From Octopus vulgaris (Eukaryota), in NCBI GenBank assembly GCA_951406725.2, contig OX597819.1, forward strand, positions 80,724,001-80,788,000: 64,000 nt of DNA, read 5' to 3'. Both the position numbers and the translations under genes were made by a program. Under the pieces are notes generated by a model. It saw only the letters and a list, made by a program, of their open reading frames with translations. It was not told where the DNA came from and made no database searches. Each line of letters begins with the position of its first letter. Position 1 is the stretch's first letter. This document shows, in pieces, positions 38,998 through 53,342 of the stretch.

Positions 38998-40077
38998 ATA
39001 AATATATCTTAGAATATCGACTTCTAACATAGTCACAAAGCTATACATTTTGTGGGAAGGTATAGTAGGTAGTGATATTCTTCACTACTTCAGGGCGTGA
39101 CGACTCCGCCTGACACGAGTCCCGAGCTCAGCTGGCTCCGGCTGACAGTACCCAGTATGGGCCCTTATCCATGGTTACAGAAAGGAGACAACATTCAAAG
39201 AAATCTGGAGTGGAGCCCCGTAGGCGGTTGAGTGTTCAACTCAACACTCTTCCGGCAGCTCCTGCAACCAAGCTGGTGCCAAACGTAATACTCTGCACTC
39301 CTTTGGACTACGTCAGCAAGGTCGAGAGAGGAATCCAGACGATTGAGCTACCCAGGATTTTCTTACATCTAGCCCAGGTCTGCGCAAAACTAGAGAGGAA
39401 ACTGGAGAGGATATGAAATGTAAAAACCAGACTGGATTAGTTTATGCGCAACTCCATTGTCTCCCGAGACAAAAGGATGCCAACATCAATAGTAGATTAA
39501 ATCAAACAAAGTATTAGGTTGAAACTCTATTTTACATTACACCCCTTCCCTACACAAAAGGATGAAAAGTAAAGGTCATTTCGGTTGAACTCAACCCCAG
39601 AAGGTAAGAGCCGAAACTATTCTGACTTTTCACCCTTTTTGCCTGTCCAAAGCATTTTCATAAGTCTGTCCTAAATGTCCACACTTGTCTTCAGACATTT
39701 TGTTACCCTTTGTTTCATATGCTCAGAGTAGTACAAAGCTTTCTTTTCGTAAGTCACAAGTTACTCTGGTGGTTGGAAAAAAAAAGAGGGTGGGGAATGT
39801 GTATCATATATGGTGCATGGACGATTAGATAAATATGTTCTGTGTATCACAATTTGATACGCAGAACAGGTCATCCCAAATATTTGTAGCATGTCTTGCT
39901 GCTACATCATCTACTACGCTAATAAATCTCAGAATATTAAAATCTGGTTTAAATATCTTGTAAATTGAATTACAGATACGACCCAGGATAAGTTCCTATA
40001 CGAACGACGAATATGACCCCAGTAGAATTTTAATTCTGAACATGAAAGGCTGCGAGTAAATACTGCAATGCTCTAAC

Positions 40078-40428
40078 GAGAGGTTCTCAACCATTAAAAT
40101 AAGAATCTCTGAATCCCTTTGGTTACTATTTTATTCTGATGGACACCCATAGCCGTTTAATGTTTACAAACTAGTTTTATAGAAACTTCTTCCAAAATTC
40201 CTATTTTGTTTTCCACACATTAACAAGTGTAGGTTGAACTATGTAAAATGTTAGAGAAACCTAAATGTCTCTTGCAATACATACTAATACGTATACCTAA
40301 AGCGGATTTTTTTACAGAGGCCTTTGAAATACTATTGCGAATCCCCAACATACTGTTTTGCTGCGTAGACTCCCAAAAATTTTATATGGACACTCAGGGG
40401 CCATATGGACTCTGGTTGAGAACCACTG
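40078..40428. mobile_element. hAT/Charlie-like MITE
   Basis: Ends GAGAGGTTCTCAACC / GGTTGAGAACCACTG with duplicated flank ATRCTCTAAC; a related decayed copy lies at ~56490-56750. Confidence 0.7.
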
Positions 40429-40473
40429 ATACTCTAACGTTCCAGCCATCCTACTGCTTTTAAGAGAATAGGT

Positions 40474-40541
40474 CCTCCCACTGGATTCGAACCACGAATC
40501 TGTTGCATTCCCGGTGATCGCACAACTGACTACATCAGTAG
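40474..40541 (-). pseudogene. tRNA-like remnant or isolated SINE head
   Basis: B box GGTTCGAATCC and an A-box-like TGATGTAGTCAG, but no intact cloverleaf. Confidence 0.4.
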
Positions 40542-41632
40542 TTCTCGATTACTTTTTTTGTCTATGGATCACTTTAATTCGTATTTTACTCAACAGGTGG
40601 GATCCTCGTAGTCATTCGATGTCTAAAAACTCTTACATTTTTATAATTAAACATTATTAGGAATTGCAAAAAAAAAAAAAAAAAGTCAAAATATTGTAGA
40701 AATATAACCAATTTATTGCATATGAATTAGAACAAAATATTATATAGACCCCAGTTGGGGACCACTGAAATACATCAATAAATCTTTTGCCTTCAAAATA
40801 CAAATTTGTAAAACTGTAATACTAGTACGAGCCAGGTTAAACTGTTAAACTACATCTTGTTGCCATTTATCCCTTGAAAATCATTTCCTTTATTGTTACC
40901 AAGCTGCAGTTAAAAAAAAAATTATTGTAACCAATGTGTTATACAGCAGGCGATTTGGACGAGCAAAACGTCTGGATTATTTCCCGTTGTTAAATAAATA
41001 GTTTTTAGCACATTGAGTTACTTTTTATACCTCTGTACTCCACCCACTCCAACGATAATGAATATATGCCCGTATATAACTTTGTGTGTGTATGTGTCTA
41101 GAGAAAAGAACAACATAATACAGACACTATCTGCCCGCAAGCTAGTTGTCATGTGCATATTACACGCTTCTATTCCTGTTAATTACGCTTTGCACGAATC
41201 CAGTGCTCCACTGTCAGCGAAACAATGTTAAGTGGGTGAGTTACTTGTAATTATTTCGAGGTTATCAATGTTATTTTATTTCCGTTTGTTTTAATTCTAT
41301 ACCTGTCAATTATTCTCCTTGTATGTGTGATATATAAATGTGTGTGTGTCTGCGTCTATTTGTTTTCATCTGCCTACTATAATAAACGAGAGACAGTGGC
41401 AAAACCTATTTACTTGAATTACATAGTGTATGTAAACTTAAAAGCATTATTTCAGATCTAGTTAGTTCAACTAATTAAGCCAAATGATGCTGCTGCTTCT
41501 TTTTTGTTTTTGTTAATGACTAAGACCGCACCGACTTGTTACTTTTAATCAAACATTACGTCTCGCTGAAGCTAGTAAAACTTAACGTACCTGAAAATGT
41601 AAACAGGAGCTATTTCCTCTTTCGCTTCAATT

Positions 41633-41703
41633 ATGACTACTTGGACAGCTTTACATAGTCCTGGGACCTCTAGGAAGTCTCATAACCGGCGCATGAGACA
41701 CAG
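41633..41703 (+). CDS. HPS4: Probable first coding exon of HPS4-like gene (MTTWTALHSPGTSRKSHNRRMRH-R)
   Basis: ATG, 23 codons plus AG, then a GTCTGT donor. Phase 2 matches the 55699 exon (AG|G = Arg). Lies in unique sequence just before the CpG-depleted zone. No homology support for the peptide itself. Confidence 0.55.
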
Positions 41704-44700
41704 GTCTGTATCGAGAGCATACATGTTTTAACTCAAATGATTTAAAATTCTTTTAACTTAGTTTTAAGTTTACTTTCTCTGAATGTGTGTTATATGGATC
41801 TTAGTTCTCCTCAATTGAAGCTAACCTGTCGTTAAACAACAACAACTCATTTTGCTCCAACAAATTACTACGAATAGTTCTGGCAAGTTTCCTGTTATAC
41901 TGGTTGTAAATACATTCTGCTAAATAGTTCATTGAATCTGAATCACCAATTACGTGTTCAAATCCTACCGCTGTCCACTTTATTTTCGTCTATCTTTACG
42001 TTCTGGGTTCGAATTCCTCTGCGGTTGACTTAACCTTTCATACTTTCGAAGTCGATAATATAAATACCAGTTGAGCACCGACGTCGATGTAAACGACTAG
42101 CCTTTCTCCCCTAAAATTTCAGGCCTTGTGCCTATAGCTAAACTAGTAATATTATGAACCTTAAGCATCGAATTATCTCCCATTACATAAATGACCTGTA
42201 CCTAGTTTGTTTTGGGCATTATTATTATTCCTCCGAGGTCGGCTCTGCCTTTCATTCTTTCGGGGTCGATAAAATAAGTACCAGTTGAACACTGGGGTCG
42301 ATATAATCGACTCATTTTCTCCCCTCAAATTGCTGCTCTTGTGGCAAAATTTGAAACCTTTATTATTTGGCAGAGAAAGTTAGCACGCTAGACGAAATGG
42401 TTTGTGGTGTTTCGCTACGTTGAGTTCAAATTCCGCCGAGATCGACTTTGCCATTCGTCCTGTCGGGGTCGATAAAATAAGTACCAGTTGAACATTGGGG
42501 TCGATGTGATCGACTCATCCCTACCTCCTCCAAGCTGCTCTTGTGGCAAAAAATTTGAAATAATAATAATAATTATTATTAAGGCGGTGAGCTGGACGAA
42601 ATGCCTAGCGGTATTTCGCACGTCGCTACTTTCTGAGTTCAAATTCCGCCGGGGTCGACTTTGCCTGGGTCCTTTCAGGGTCGATAACATAAGTAGCAGT
42701 TGAACACTGGGGTCAATGTAATCGACTCATCCCCGCCCCGCAAAATTGCTAACCCTTTGGCAAAATTTGAAACCATTATTATTATTTATGTTGTTGATGC
42801 TAATGTGTTTTTGTCCCTTATACAGTTGTTACTGACGATGCTGTTAATATTATTTCATTTTTGTTGTTGTTGTTTAACCCCAAGCTGGGCCAGGCCAGTC
42901 AGTCCTAGTCCAACAGACCCTTAGTTAAAATGCTGTCCTGTTGAGGCAATCCTCTTAATTAGGAGTATGTAGTGTTACATACATTACCAATGTTTCCATT
43001 CATCTTACATGGATGCAGGGTGTAATGAAAAATTGATTTGGCTGCTATTTCCAGAAGATTGAACGACTACATTGTAGAAGCTCCCATGTTGTCACCTGCT
43101 GTGTCTGTTGTTGATACTGTCTACACCTGAGTTCTTAATCTAGTGATTCGGCAGATTTACCTGAGCTGAAGGCCAAGGTAAATTGCTGTGCTAATTGTAT
43201 TAAAAGTAGCTTAATCCCTTCACTACTCTCTCTTTCTGTCTGTCTGTCTGTCTCTCATATATGCACATACAAGTATTATTAAAACAGATATACCAATAAG
43301 GGACCTCCATGTAGTCATTTGGCTGGCTAGAAATAGTTGCAAAGTCTCCCTCAAAGTGCATCCTTGTTTGAATGAAGACACATTAGACAATGTCAACCTT
43401 GATGTGCTAGGTCATGATGCATTGCACGAGTGTGAATTGCACCCTAGGTGCTTGATGGCTACTTAATTTTATCCTCTTCTGTAGAGTGAAAGGCAAAGTC
43501 TATCACAGTGAGATTTGAATTCATAATTACAGTATTAATGTACATAGTCGCTTGTTTTGTTCCATATTCTATTATAAAATAATTTTTCTTTCAAACTTAT
43601 TAAATTTCAATTTTTCTGGTTAAAAATAAAGAGTAAAAACAAAAGAAATTAGTAAATAAATATAATTAAGAGGTACACGCATTTATTCAGTTATACACAG
43701 ATTATACATAAAACCATCTTAACAGCATTAGACTTCATTAGGTTGTCCACTGATTGTTGAAAGGTTTCGAATTATAGAGAGCTGATTAGAAAGGAAACAA
43801 GAAATTGTTGTTCATCCTTTTCCAGACATAATCTTGTATAGAATATAACTATTGAATGATCACCAGATGTAGTCATGATTCACCAGAAGGACCCCCTTGC
43901 TTTGCGTTGAGCAGAGGCCATCGACAACATTTTTCTGTTGTTCTTGACTTTGTGCTGTTTTATCTGCTCTCTAGTTGGATTCCTGCCTTTCTACTCTTTT
44001 GGACTTTGCTGCACCACATCATATGCTTCCCTAAGGGAAGACTTCTCCGAGGATTGGCCTGCAAAAGCCCTGTGATGGTGCTACATAAGAGCACTCATGC
44101 TGGTGCCATGTAAAAAGCACCCAGCACACCGAGTAAAGTTATTGGCATTAGGAAGGGCATCCAGCTGAAAAACAAACAAGCCAAATCAGACTGAAATCTG
44201 GTGCAGCTGTCCTGTTTGCCAGCTCTGGTCAAATCATCCAACCCATGCCAGCATGGAAAACAGACGTTAAAGGATGATGGTAATGGTGATGATCCAGCTG
44301 AAGAAACCATATCAGCATAAACAGTAGAGCACAGTGCAGTCCTCTAGCTTATTGGTTCCTGTAGAACCATCCAACCGTCCAAAGAATGTAAAATGATGAC
44401 AATGATGATCTGGAGACTTGAAGTTACTCATTGTTATGGACATATATATATATATGTTATCTCAAACATCACAGAGAGAACTTACTGGTCAAAACTAGAT
44501 GCCACAATTATTTTCATGATGGTCATCACTGGATTGTATTTGATTATAGGTCTTTTTTCTCAGTCAGGTTTTCTTAGAATAAACAATAACAACCTAGAAG
44601 AGAGTATTTAGTCTCATGTGGAACATAGTGTGGATCCACAGATGGTGAAATGTCTTGTTAAATGATGAAACAATAGTTGTCAGACTTGATTGGGTTGTTC

Positions 44701-44895
44701 ACTATTATTGTTAAGAGCTTTGGTATTATAGAGAGTTGAAGAGAAACAAGAAATCCTGTTGTTCATGCTTTTCCAGACATAATCTTGTATAGAGTGTATT
44801 ATAGTAGAATTGCCAATTGTAGTCTTCATTCACCAAAAGAACCTCTATATGGTCACCTAATCTGTTTGTTACAAATAACAGCCAAATTTCTCTAA

Positions 44896-45117
44896 CCCTT
44901 TTGATATCAACCTGCTTCAAACTGCTCTTGTTTCTATGATAAAATTTTACTGTTTCAAAGTGATTTAAATTAAAACTTTCCTTCAAAATTCCTTGTTAAT
45001 TTATGTTCCAAACTCTAGCTTAATAATGACAAAATTGTTTTAATAAATTCTTCCTTCTTTTCAAAATTAATTGGAACAAAAGCTGCATATTTCAATAGGA
45101 ATCTTGTAATGAAAGGG
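44896..45117. mobile_element. piggyBac-like MITE (CCCTTT.G.TAC family)
   Basis: CTAA|CCCTTTTG ... GAAAGGG|TTAA. Related copies at ~47936-48152, ~54580-55200 (interrupted) and 57464-57807 (TTAA on both sides). Confidence 0.7.
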
Positions 45118-45408
45118 TTAAATCACACCCTTAAATAAATGGATTTATACATGGGATAGCATAGTCCTACATACACTGAAAGAAGAAAGATGGTTGTTAT
45201 AGGTAGAACACTATTGATCATAGGTCAGTCCTTGGGCTAAAGAAAAGAGCATATGTGAAGGCCTATTTAATATCTGTTGCATATTAATATGCTTGAAACA
45301 TATTTGGTCTTGCAGCAAAATAGTATTTTTGGCAAACTGTGGTACAAGAAAAGATGCATTGGATTATGTGGTCCCTGAATTCCCTGCACATAGGATAAAT
45401 ATGAAATA

Positions 45409-45929
45409 CCGTAAATCCTCAATTATAATTCGCATTTTTTTCCCAAAATTTAAAGGTCAAAATCCCTAGTGTGTACTATATATGAGGTTAAAAATGAAAA
45501 ATATTTTCTAAGCAATCTCCAAGTCTCTATTTACTGTCCGGCAATGTTTATTCAAACGCATTTTGTGATGTCAGGCAGGAAAAGCCCTTAAGCTAAGCCT
45601 GAAAGCAATTAAATCATAAAAGAATCATCCATAACTTGCAGTAAGCAACATTTTTATTAAAATAAAAGTATTCAGAATACAGAATAACATATAACAAAAA
45701 CAATTTGCAAACATATTTACATTCTCATATAACAGTTTAGAACATCACCATTATTGTATTACGCATGCACGGAAGTGTTTGTTCAACTAGGTGCTGCTGG
45801 CTTAATTACGCACGACTGAAGTTAGAGAAGGGATGCATATTATACACAAGGTTTAGGTTTTTCAGAGGTACAACCCCCTAAAAATCCCCTGTGTATTATA
45901 CTAAAGGGCGGACTATACTCGATTTACGG
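45409..45929 (+). mobile_element. Tc2/pogo-like MITE
   Basis: TA|CCGTAAATCCTC ... GATTTACGG|TA; homologous to 31868-32370 in the opposite orientation. Confidence 0.85.
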
Positions 45930-48714
45930 TAGTCACAGCTGGAATGTCTTTGATCATAGGTCTATTCACTCAGGACTAATCTTGTACTAAACGGCAACAA
46001 CTAAATGGTTTTCTTTTGGCTAATGATTCAGATGTTATTGTGTGCAGTAGCAGTACTTTGATATTTAAATATGTGAGCAATACTCCAAGATAGATCACAC
46101 TTGAACATTATAAAGAGTTAAAGCAAAAAATCAGGATTGGATAATTCTTTGGTTCTGAATTGGAATCCTAGTCGTTGCAGTGTAATTTTAAATTCCCATA
46201 TTGTAAGTGTATGTTCACCATGATAGATCACCAGGAATTATAAAGCCTGGGACATGTAGTGAATTTGAAAGTTTCAGATATGTTCATGCAGAGAAAGAGA
46301 TAATGTGAAGTTGCTTCTGTGATATGTATCCTGTTTATATGTTTGTGTAGCTGTCAAAATAAACTTGGTTGGTATGTCTATATTGGAGAATGTTTTTAAA
46401 GTGTTGAGAAAGCGGTGCATATCTAACAGGAATGTTTAGATTGCTTGTAGATGACACTTGTGCTTAGAAGTTAAGAAGTTAGGGTGCTATATGTTGACAT
46501 AGAATTTTATGATGTTAGTGGTGACAGTGAGAAGTTGTCAATGTACAGAAGGAAGATATATTAAGAAAATTGCTATGGGAAATACACTAAAGCCTTGAAG
46601 CTGTGGATCCTCCATAGGTTTCAATTAAGTTGTTTGATCAACCAAACTATTTACACATTAAATCAACATGTGAATGGCTGAGTATTCCAGAGACACATGT
46701 ACCTTTATTTAACATAATTCTAGGGTCAAATCAGTATGATACAATGTAATGCTACTGGGTCTTTGAATTAAAAGTATAATCCATGAGACAGGCTCCCATA
46801 CAGTTTCTATCTAAGCAATTTTACTCACAAGACATTGGTTAGTCTGCATCTATGGTAAAAGACATTTGTCCAAAATCTCTTCTAAAACAGATACTTGCTT
46901 ATTTAATTTTTTATTTTTTTATAAAAACTGAACATTAAGTAATTAATATTCTAAAATGAATAATCTGAAAATGAATTATCAGATCTGCTTTCCAAGTTTA
47001 GGAGTCAAAGCAACAATGATAAAGGTGAAATAATGCAATGTATAATGGTCATCATTTTAACATCTACTTTTCCATGCTTGCACAGGTTGGGTGGAATTGT
47101 TTTTTAGATGGATTTTCTACAGCTGGATGCTCTTCCTGTTACTAACTTTCACCTGTTGCCAAATAAGGTAATATTTCCCCATTACCAGAAATTTTTTCAT
47201 GGAAGATTAGGAATGAAGGTGGCAATTGTTTACAACTATCACATAATTTCAAAGAAAGGAGATAGTAACACACACACACACACCTGATGGGCTTCTTCAG
47301 TTTCCATCAGCCATATCCACTCACAAGACTTGGGTTGGCCTTGCTGTGGTATTGAACCCAGAACCGTGTGGTTGGGAAGCAGTCTTGCTTGCACCTATTT
47401 GAGAGATATATGATGATGTGATGTACAATTATTCCTCAATAATTACTTATATTTAAAAAATTCTCCTTAGAGAAGCCAAACAGGAAATACCCCATTTAAA
47501 TCTACAACAATTGAAATATAAAAGAAAATAGTATTTTGTTTGTGAAAAATGTACCATTTTTAAACAAATGGTATCTTACATTGTTAATCCTTGACTCAAC
47601 GTGTGTGTGTGTGTGTAATGCTCATGATGAGCCTCATGATTCATTCAATGTATTTACAACTATTCTTATAGAAAGTTAATGAGTGTACTTGTACTTACTT
47701 TTATTATAGTATATAATAGAAATATTATAGAAATACAAATAGTAATAATAATATTTATAATAATGAATGCAAAAAAAAGTCCATCAAGCTTGTTCTTTTA
47801 ATTGCTTTTTTTTTGAAATCCTAAACAATGGAAGTTAGCTTTATCTTTCATTGGGGATTACGATAAAACAAACTTCAAACAGTACACATTCTAATTAACT
47901 GGCAATTTTTGTTCTGCATTTGTAAAGAACACTAACCTTTTTGATACCACCCATCCCAAGGTTGCCCTAATTCTGAGGAATACTCTTCCTGTTTTAAAAT
48001 GATCTGAACTAAAACCTTCCATCAAGATTTCATGTTCATTTATGTACCAAACATCAGCTTAATAATAATGAAGTTGTTTTGCTAAATTCCACGTAATTTT
48101 GATAATTGAAACAACGGCAGTGTACTTCAACCAAAATATGGTAACAAAAGGGTGGAGAGACAGGTATATTGCACTATTCTGGTATTATTTGTTGCTTGTA
48201 TATATTGAGTGGCATTTCTTGTTTGTTTTCTGAAATCTTGGAGTATACTTCCATTTTCCTTTTATCCAAATGAAATTATGTGTCTGTGAGTGTATGTCTG
48301 CATGCATATATGTGAGTGTATGTCTGCATGCATATATGTGTGTGTATGTGTGAAGGCAGATGTATGTATTTATTTGTATTTATTGAGCATTTGATCTGAA
48401 AGAGTTTAAGGAGTTAGTTAATGGTTCACTATACATAAGTTGATGCCAAAAATCAAGCAATGTTTCGTACCGTATCAACTGATTTTGTTAGAAATATACA
48501 TATTGACTGTGTGGTTGAAAAGTTTACTTCACAACCATGTGGTTATGAGTTCAATCCAACTGTGTGAAACCTTGGACAAGGCTTCTACTACAACCTCATG
48601 GTGTGACCGAAATCTTGTGAAGAGTAAATTTGATAGACAGAAACTGAAAGAAGTCCATTGGGTTTGTGTGTATGTGAGTATGTATGTTTGTATGTATGTG
48701 TTTGAAGAACATTG

Positions 48715-49260
48715 AACATTTCTAACAGCATAAACTTTGGACAATAAGGATTTGATGGAATGACTACATTACCAATGAAAAGGTTCTGCTCTAGGCCAGA
48801 CTGATCAGCATTGAAGCTACCATAGCATGATACCACCTTCACTGGTTGGAGCACGTCATATTCATACCTCAAATACACCTCCCTCCATCAATTCCTCTGT
48901 GTGGAGTTGATCTCAGACACCAGACCACACAGCACCCCCAAATTTCATTTCTGAGACCAGCTCAAGACCACACTCCTTTGCTGCTCCATTGATCCAAATA
49001 CCGGGAAGACAATTGCCAAGGACTGCCCAAAGTGGCACCATGTCATCATCAGGGGAATAGGCGAGATGGAAAATAACAGATGTCACAAAGCAGAGATCAG
49101 ATGTCAAAGACACAAAGAGCGACTTGCTCTCCCTTGTTCCCTGTCAAGTCTCCTCTGCAATAAATGCCCCCCTGGCTCTTCTATTACACCTCACGCACTA
49201 GCAACCTTCACACTCATCAGGATGAAGAAACTCAATCACTCTCTACAGATTAAATACTCG
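48715..49260 (+). mobile_element. RTE-clade LINE 3' remnant
   Basis: Decayed RTE-type C-terminal pattern (..WLEHV..ELISDTRPHSTPKFHF*DQLK..) with stops and frameshifts. Confidence 0.55.
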
Positions 49261-50496
49261 GATACGAGTTAATGCTAATGACATCAATGTGTTTGCATGT
49301 AACCTTGTTTTATGTGATGACTCTAAACAATCATCATCATCAACATGCATGTGGTGCTGTTCCTGTCCAGTCTTCCATAGAAAAACATTTCTGGTACAAG
49401 GAAATAACACCCTGCTTGGAAACAGGGGAGGAATGGTTGCAAGAAGGACGTCCAGTCTTAGAAAATCTGCTTTAACAAATTCCATCTGACGCACACAAGT
49501 TAAACGATGACGATGATGATGATGATAGGGTGGTGGTGATGATGATGATGGTGATACATCTTTATTCTCATCACCATAGTAGAAAGGACTTCCTTTGGTC
49601 ACAAATGACCTTGGGATTGCACCTAGAAATTTACCTGCCAAGGCACAAGTCTGGGCAAGGTTGTTTATGAAAGACCAGCAGTCACCCATGCATACCAACA
49701 TCCCCTCTCCATGCCACCAATGTTGTCCAAGGGAAAGGCAAAAGCTGATACAGCTTGGCACCAGTGATGGTGCAACTCATTTCTACAGATCAATGAACTG
49801 GAGCAACATGAAATAATGTGTCAGCTCAAGAGCACAACAAACAGCCCAATCCAGGAATCAAACACACTACCTCATGGTTGTGAGCCTGATGCTCTAACCA
49901 CTGAGCCATACACCTTCACTGTAGTAATCATTGTTATAATTACCCAAATTCTCATCAACATTGTTATATTTTATCTAAGTGTTCTTATTATATTTTTAAA
50001 TGTTAAGAGGTCAACTCTTTATTCACTAGCTTTATCTCGTTTCTCTCTACTTCAGCTCTTATCTATTCCTTTGAATAATTCCCTACTATTATTGTTGTAT
50101 TTGTATCGCCACCACCACGACATAATGAAAATTACTTTCCATACTACTATATTAAACCTGTCTAATTTAAAAATTTCAAGATTCACTGCTTTAAATGTAT
50201 TGATGTATTTTAATGCTTCAAGACACTGCACTCCACCATATATACACATATATATGATCACACAAATGAGCTGAAGTTCACTATAGCTGTTTTAGATGTG
50301 TTTTTTTTTTTTATTGATTATCAAATCAATTACATCCTGTTAAAAAAATCTTTTTTTTTTTTTTTCAAGCAAATTAAAATCCAAGATTTAGCATTTAGGA
50401 GTTTTCACATAAAGCATAGTATGTGTTTTGACTCCCTCACAACGGTGCTGGTTGGGAGAGTATAAGATGATGATGATATGTATAGAAAGTAAAAGG

Positions 50497-50537
<41 letters not shown>

Positions 50538-50546
50538 GTTAATTAT

Positions 50547-50726
50547 GTGACCAGTGGCCTTGCATCCATAAAGCATTTAGCCTTATAGATGGCTCCTTGG
50601 ACCCTAACGGCAGCAGGTATATTACCACTTTTTAAAATAGAGATAGAGGTTATAATTCCATGACCATTAGGGTCCGGTGAGCCATCTCTAAGATTAAGTG
50701 CTTTATGGATACAAAGCCATTTGTCA
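50547..50726. repeat. ~63-bp inverted repeat (MITE-like)
   Basis: GTGACCAGTGGCCTTGCATCCATAAAGCA..GGACCCTAACGG versus CCATTAGGGTCC..TGCTTTATGGATACAAAGCCATTTGTCAC. Confidence 0.7.
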
Positions 50727-51268
50727 CCCTATGACAGGCCACAGAGCCGGATTAAAACCAATAGAGGCCCTAAGCACTTAAAAGGTTTTGGTGCCCTCAA
50801 GTATATGTAAATGATTCAAAATGTAAACAAAAATAATTCGAAATGTAAATAATAAACCATAAAACAAATCTTTTTCTTTGAAAGTGAAACAAAATTCACA
50901 GTAATATGGAAAATAATGTTTATTTTTCTATGCTTCCATTTTATTTATATTTGAAAAGTTTACTCCTTTGGGTTTTTTTTTATTGAAAAGTGCTTCATGA
51001 TATCATTAAAATTAATTTTACATAAAACATCTGCTTCTATACTTAGTAGAGGTAAGACATTACGAATATCATTTTAGCAAGTTTAAAGTGATTTCTTTCG
51101 TGCCATAAACCATTATCATTTCTGTGGTGCCAATCCCTAGCATGTCCTTATTTTGATTAATGGGTTAAACTAGCACTGACTGGCCATATAATTAACTTCC
51201 TATAAATATATTACTGTTTTAATGTTTAGAGTATGCTCCTTTTTTGGATATATGATCTACTGATGATA

Positions 51269-52065
51269 TCTTTATATATATAAAACTGAGAATGTCTGTC
51301 TGTCTGTCTGTGTGTTTCCCTAAAACTTGAGAACTACACAACCAATTTCATTCAAATTTTACACATGCCTTACTTAGGGTCCATGTAGTTTCATGGGCAA
51401 AAAAAAATGTTCAACTTCTTGCCTAGAGCGAGCCCATAGCAATATCATATCTTCTCCACTATTTCAGTATTACGTGTTAAAAGTGAAACAAAAATATTTC
51501 TCTATTTTATGTCAGATGCTTTCACTTTAGCAATAAAAATAATAATAACAATTGAATTATATGTAGTAAGTAATAATTAAAATCAACCCATGCTAGCATG
51601 GAAAGCGGACGTTAAACGATGATGATGATGATGAAACTAAATCATCATCATCATCATCATCATCATCGTTAAAATCGTAACATACAAAAGTAAAAATAGC
51701 AATTGGTATAAAATTGCATCAATGATTTGGACTTGAATAAGTGGTTTCACATGAATGGGAATAAATTAAAAATAAAATTAGCGTGAAGAAATGGAATAGT
51801 CCAGGTGGATAATACAAAATTATATTAAAGAAAAGACTATTGTCTATAAAGTATACAATGTAGAGAAAAAAGAAGAGCTAATAATTCCAGTCTGTTATAT
51901 ATTTTGAGTATTGTTATCACTAGCGATATCAAGATATAACTTTGTATTTTGCATTTTATGTGTAGAGGTATATATATAGATGTGCATGTAATATGTACAC
52001 ATATATATACACATATACACATGCACTAGCACTATGACCTGGCAACGATGAATCTTTAATGCTAG
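51269..52065 (+). mobile_element. Non-autonomous Helitron-like element
   Basis: A|TCTTTATATATATAAAACTGAGAATGTCTGTCTG 5' end and CTAG|T 3' end with a degenerate subterminal hairpin. Confidence 0.5.
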
Positions 52066-52077
52066 TATATATATATA

Positions 52078-52478
52078 AGTGCAGGAGTGGCTGTGTGGTA
52101 TATAGCTTGCTTACCAACCACATGGTTCTGGGTTCAGTCCCACTGCGTGGCACCTTGGGCAAGTGTCTTCTACTATAGCCTTGGGCCGACCAAAGCCTTG
52201 AGTAGATCTGGTAGATGGAAACTGAAAGAAGCCTGTCGTATATATATATATATATATATATATATACGTATGTATACGTTTGTATGTCTGTATTTGTCCC
52301 ACCACCATCGCTTGACAACCGATGTTGGTGTCTTTACATGCCCGTAACTTAGTGGTTCAGCAAAAGAGACCAATAGATTGAGTACTAGGCTTACAAAGAG
52401 TAAGTCCTGGGGTCAGTTTGTTTGACTAAAGGCAGTGCTTCAGCATGGCCACAGTCAAATAACAAACAAATAAAAGAA
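52078..52478 (+). mobile_element. Family A SINE (intronic)
   Basis: Homologous to 29535-29950. Other intronic copies at 55215-55610(+), 56860-57247(+), 57915-58057(-), 58512-58785(+), 60158-60552(-) and 61761-62510(+, interrupted). Confidence 0.85.
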
Positions 52479-53342
52479 TATATATATATAGACTCCATGG
52501 CATCTTATTGGAATGTAATACATTATTCTTATATTTAGAAAATTATTAATCAGTCACATATTTGGTTATCTTCATAAAAACCTTGTCTATTTGGCGTTGT
52601 GTGTCATTTGCTGACAGCTGGTGCCCATAGCTGATCTAATTCTTTATCTCTTTTAGTACTTTTACATCTGTAAAATTATTGGTTCTGCTGTAACCACATG
52701 ATAACTATTAACTACATCCGTCAATCTATATTGGGTTTTTCCTCCCTGTGCCTTGTACTTGCGTTTATGTATTTGTTTTGTAAGATTCCTGATATGAAAT
52801 CACGTGTTGAAACAGATATTGCTATACTTGCACTCTATACATGGTTTTCACTTCAGCTTTATTATTCTTATTTTACTGTCCTTTGCTGGAAACCTTTCAT
52901 CACACATTCTGTGTCCTCCTCAGTGACATTCCATCTCACATGTCTCTTCCTGTTCTGTTAAATCCATTCTGTCTTTCTATGGTGTGTATCCTTATCTGCG
53001 TTTGAGTGTGTGTGTGTGTGTGTGTGGAGTATTGATTTTAAAATAGGTCCGGGTATAGTAGTATTATGTTGTGAACAAGTTCACTTGGCAATCACATATT
53101 TTTGTGTTCAGTCTAATTGCTGTACATTGGGTAAAATATCTTCTAATGCCCTTGGTCAACCAATGTAAGTGAAACATCTGTATATTTAAGAAGCTTGCTT
53201 TCCTACCATTTCATTCAGGTTCAGTCCCATTGTGCAGCACTTTAGACTAGTGTTTTTTTGTATTGATCCACGCCAACCAATGCCTTATGAGTGGATTTAG
53301 TAGACAGAAACTGAAAAGATACTAGTAGACAGAAACTAAAAA

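Noticed and set aside
39081-39482. GC-richer segment with an 81-aa ORF
   Set aside because: Looks like an unclassified repeat fragment; no recognisable domain or splice signals.
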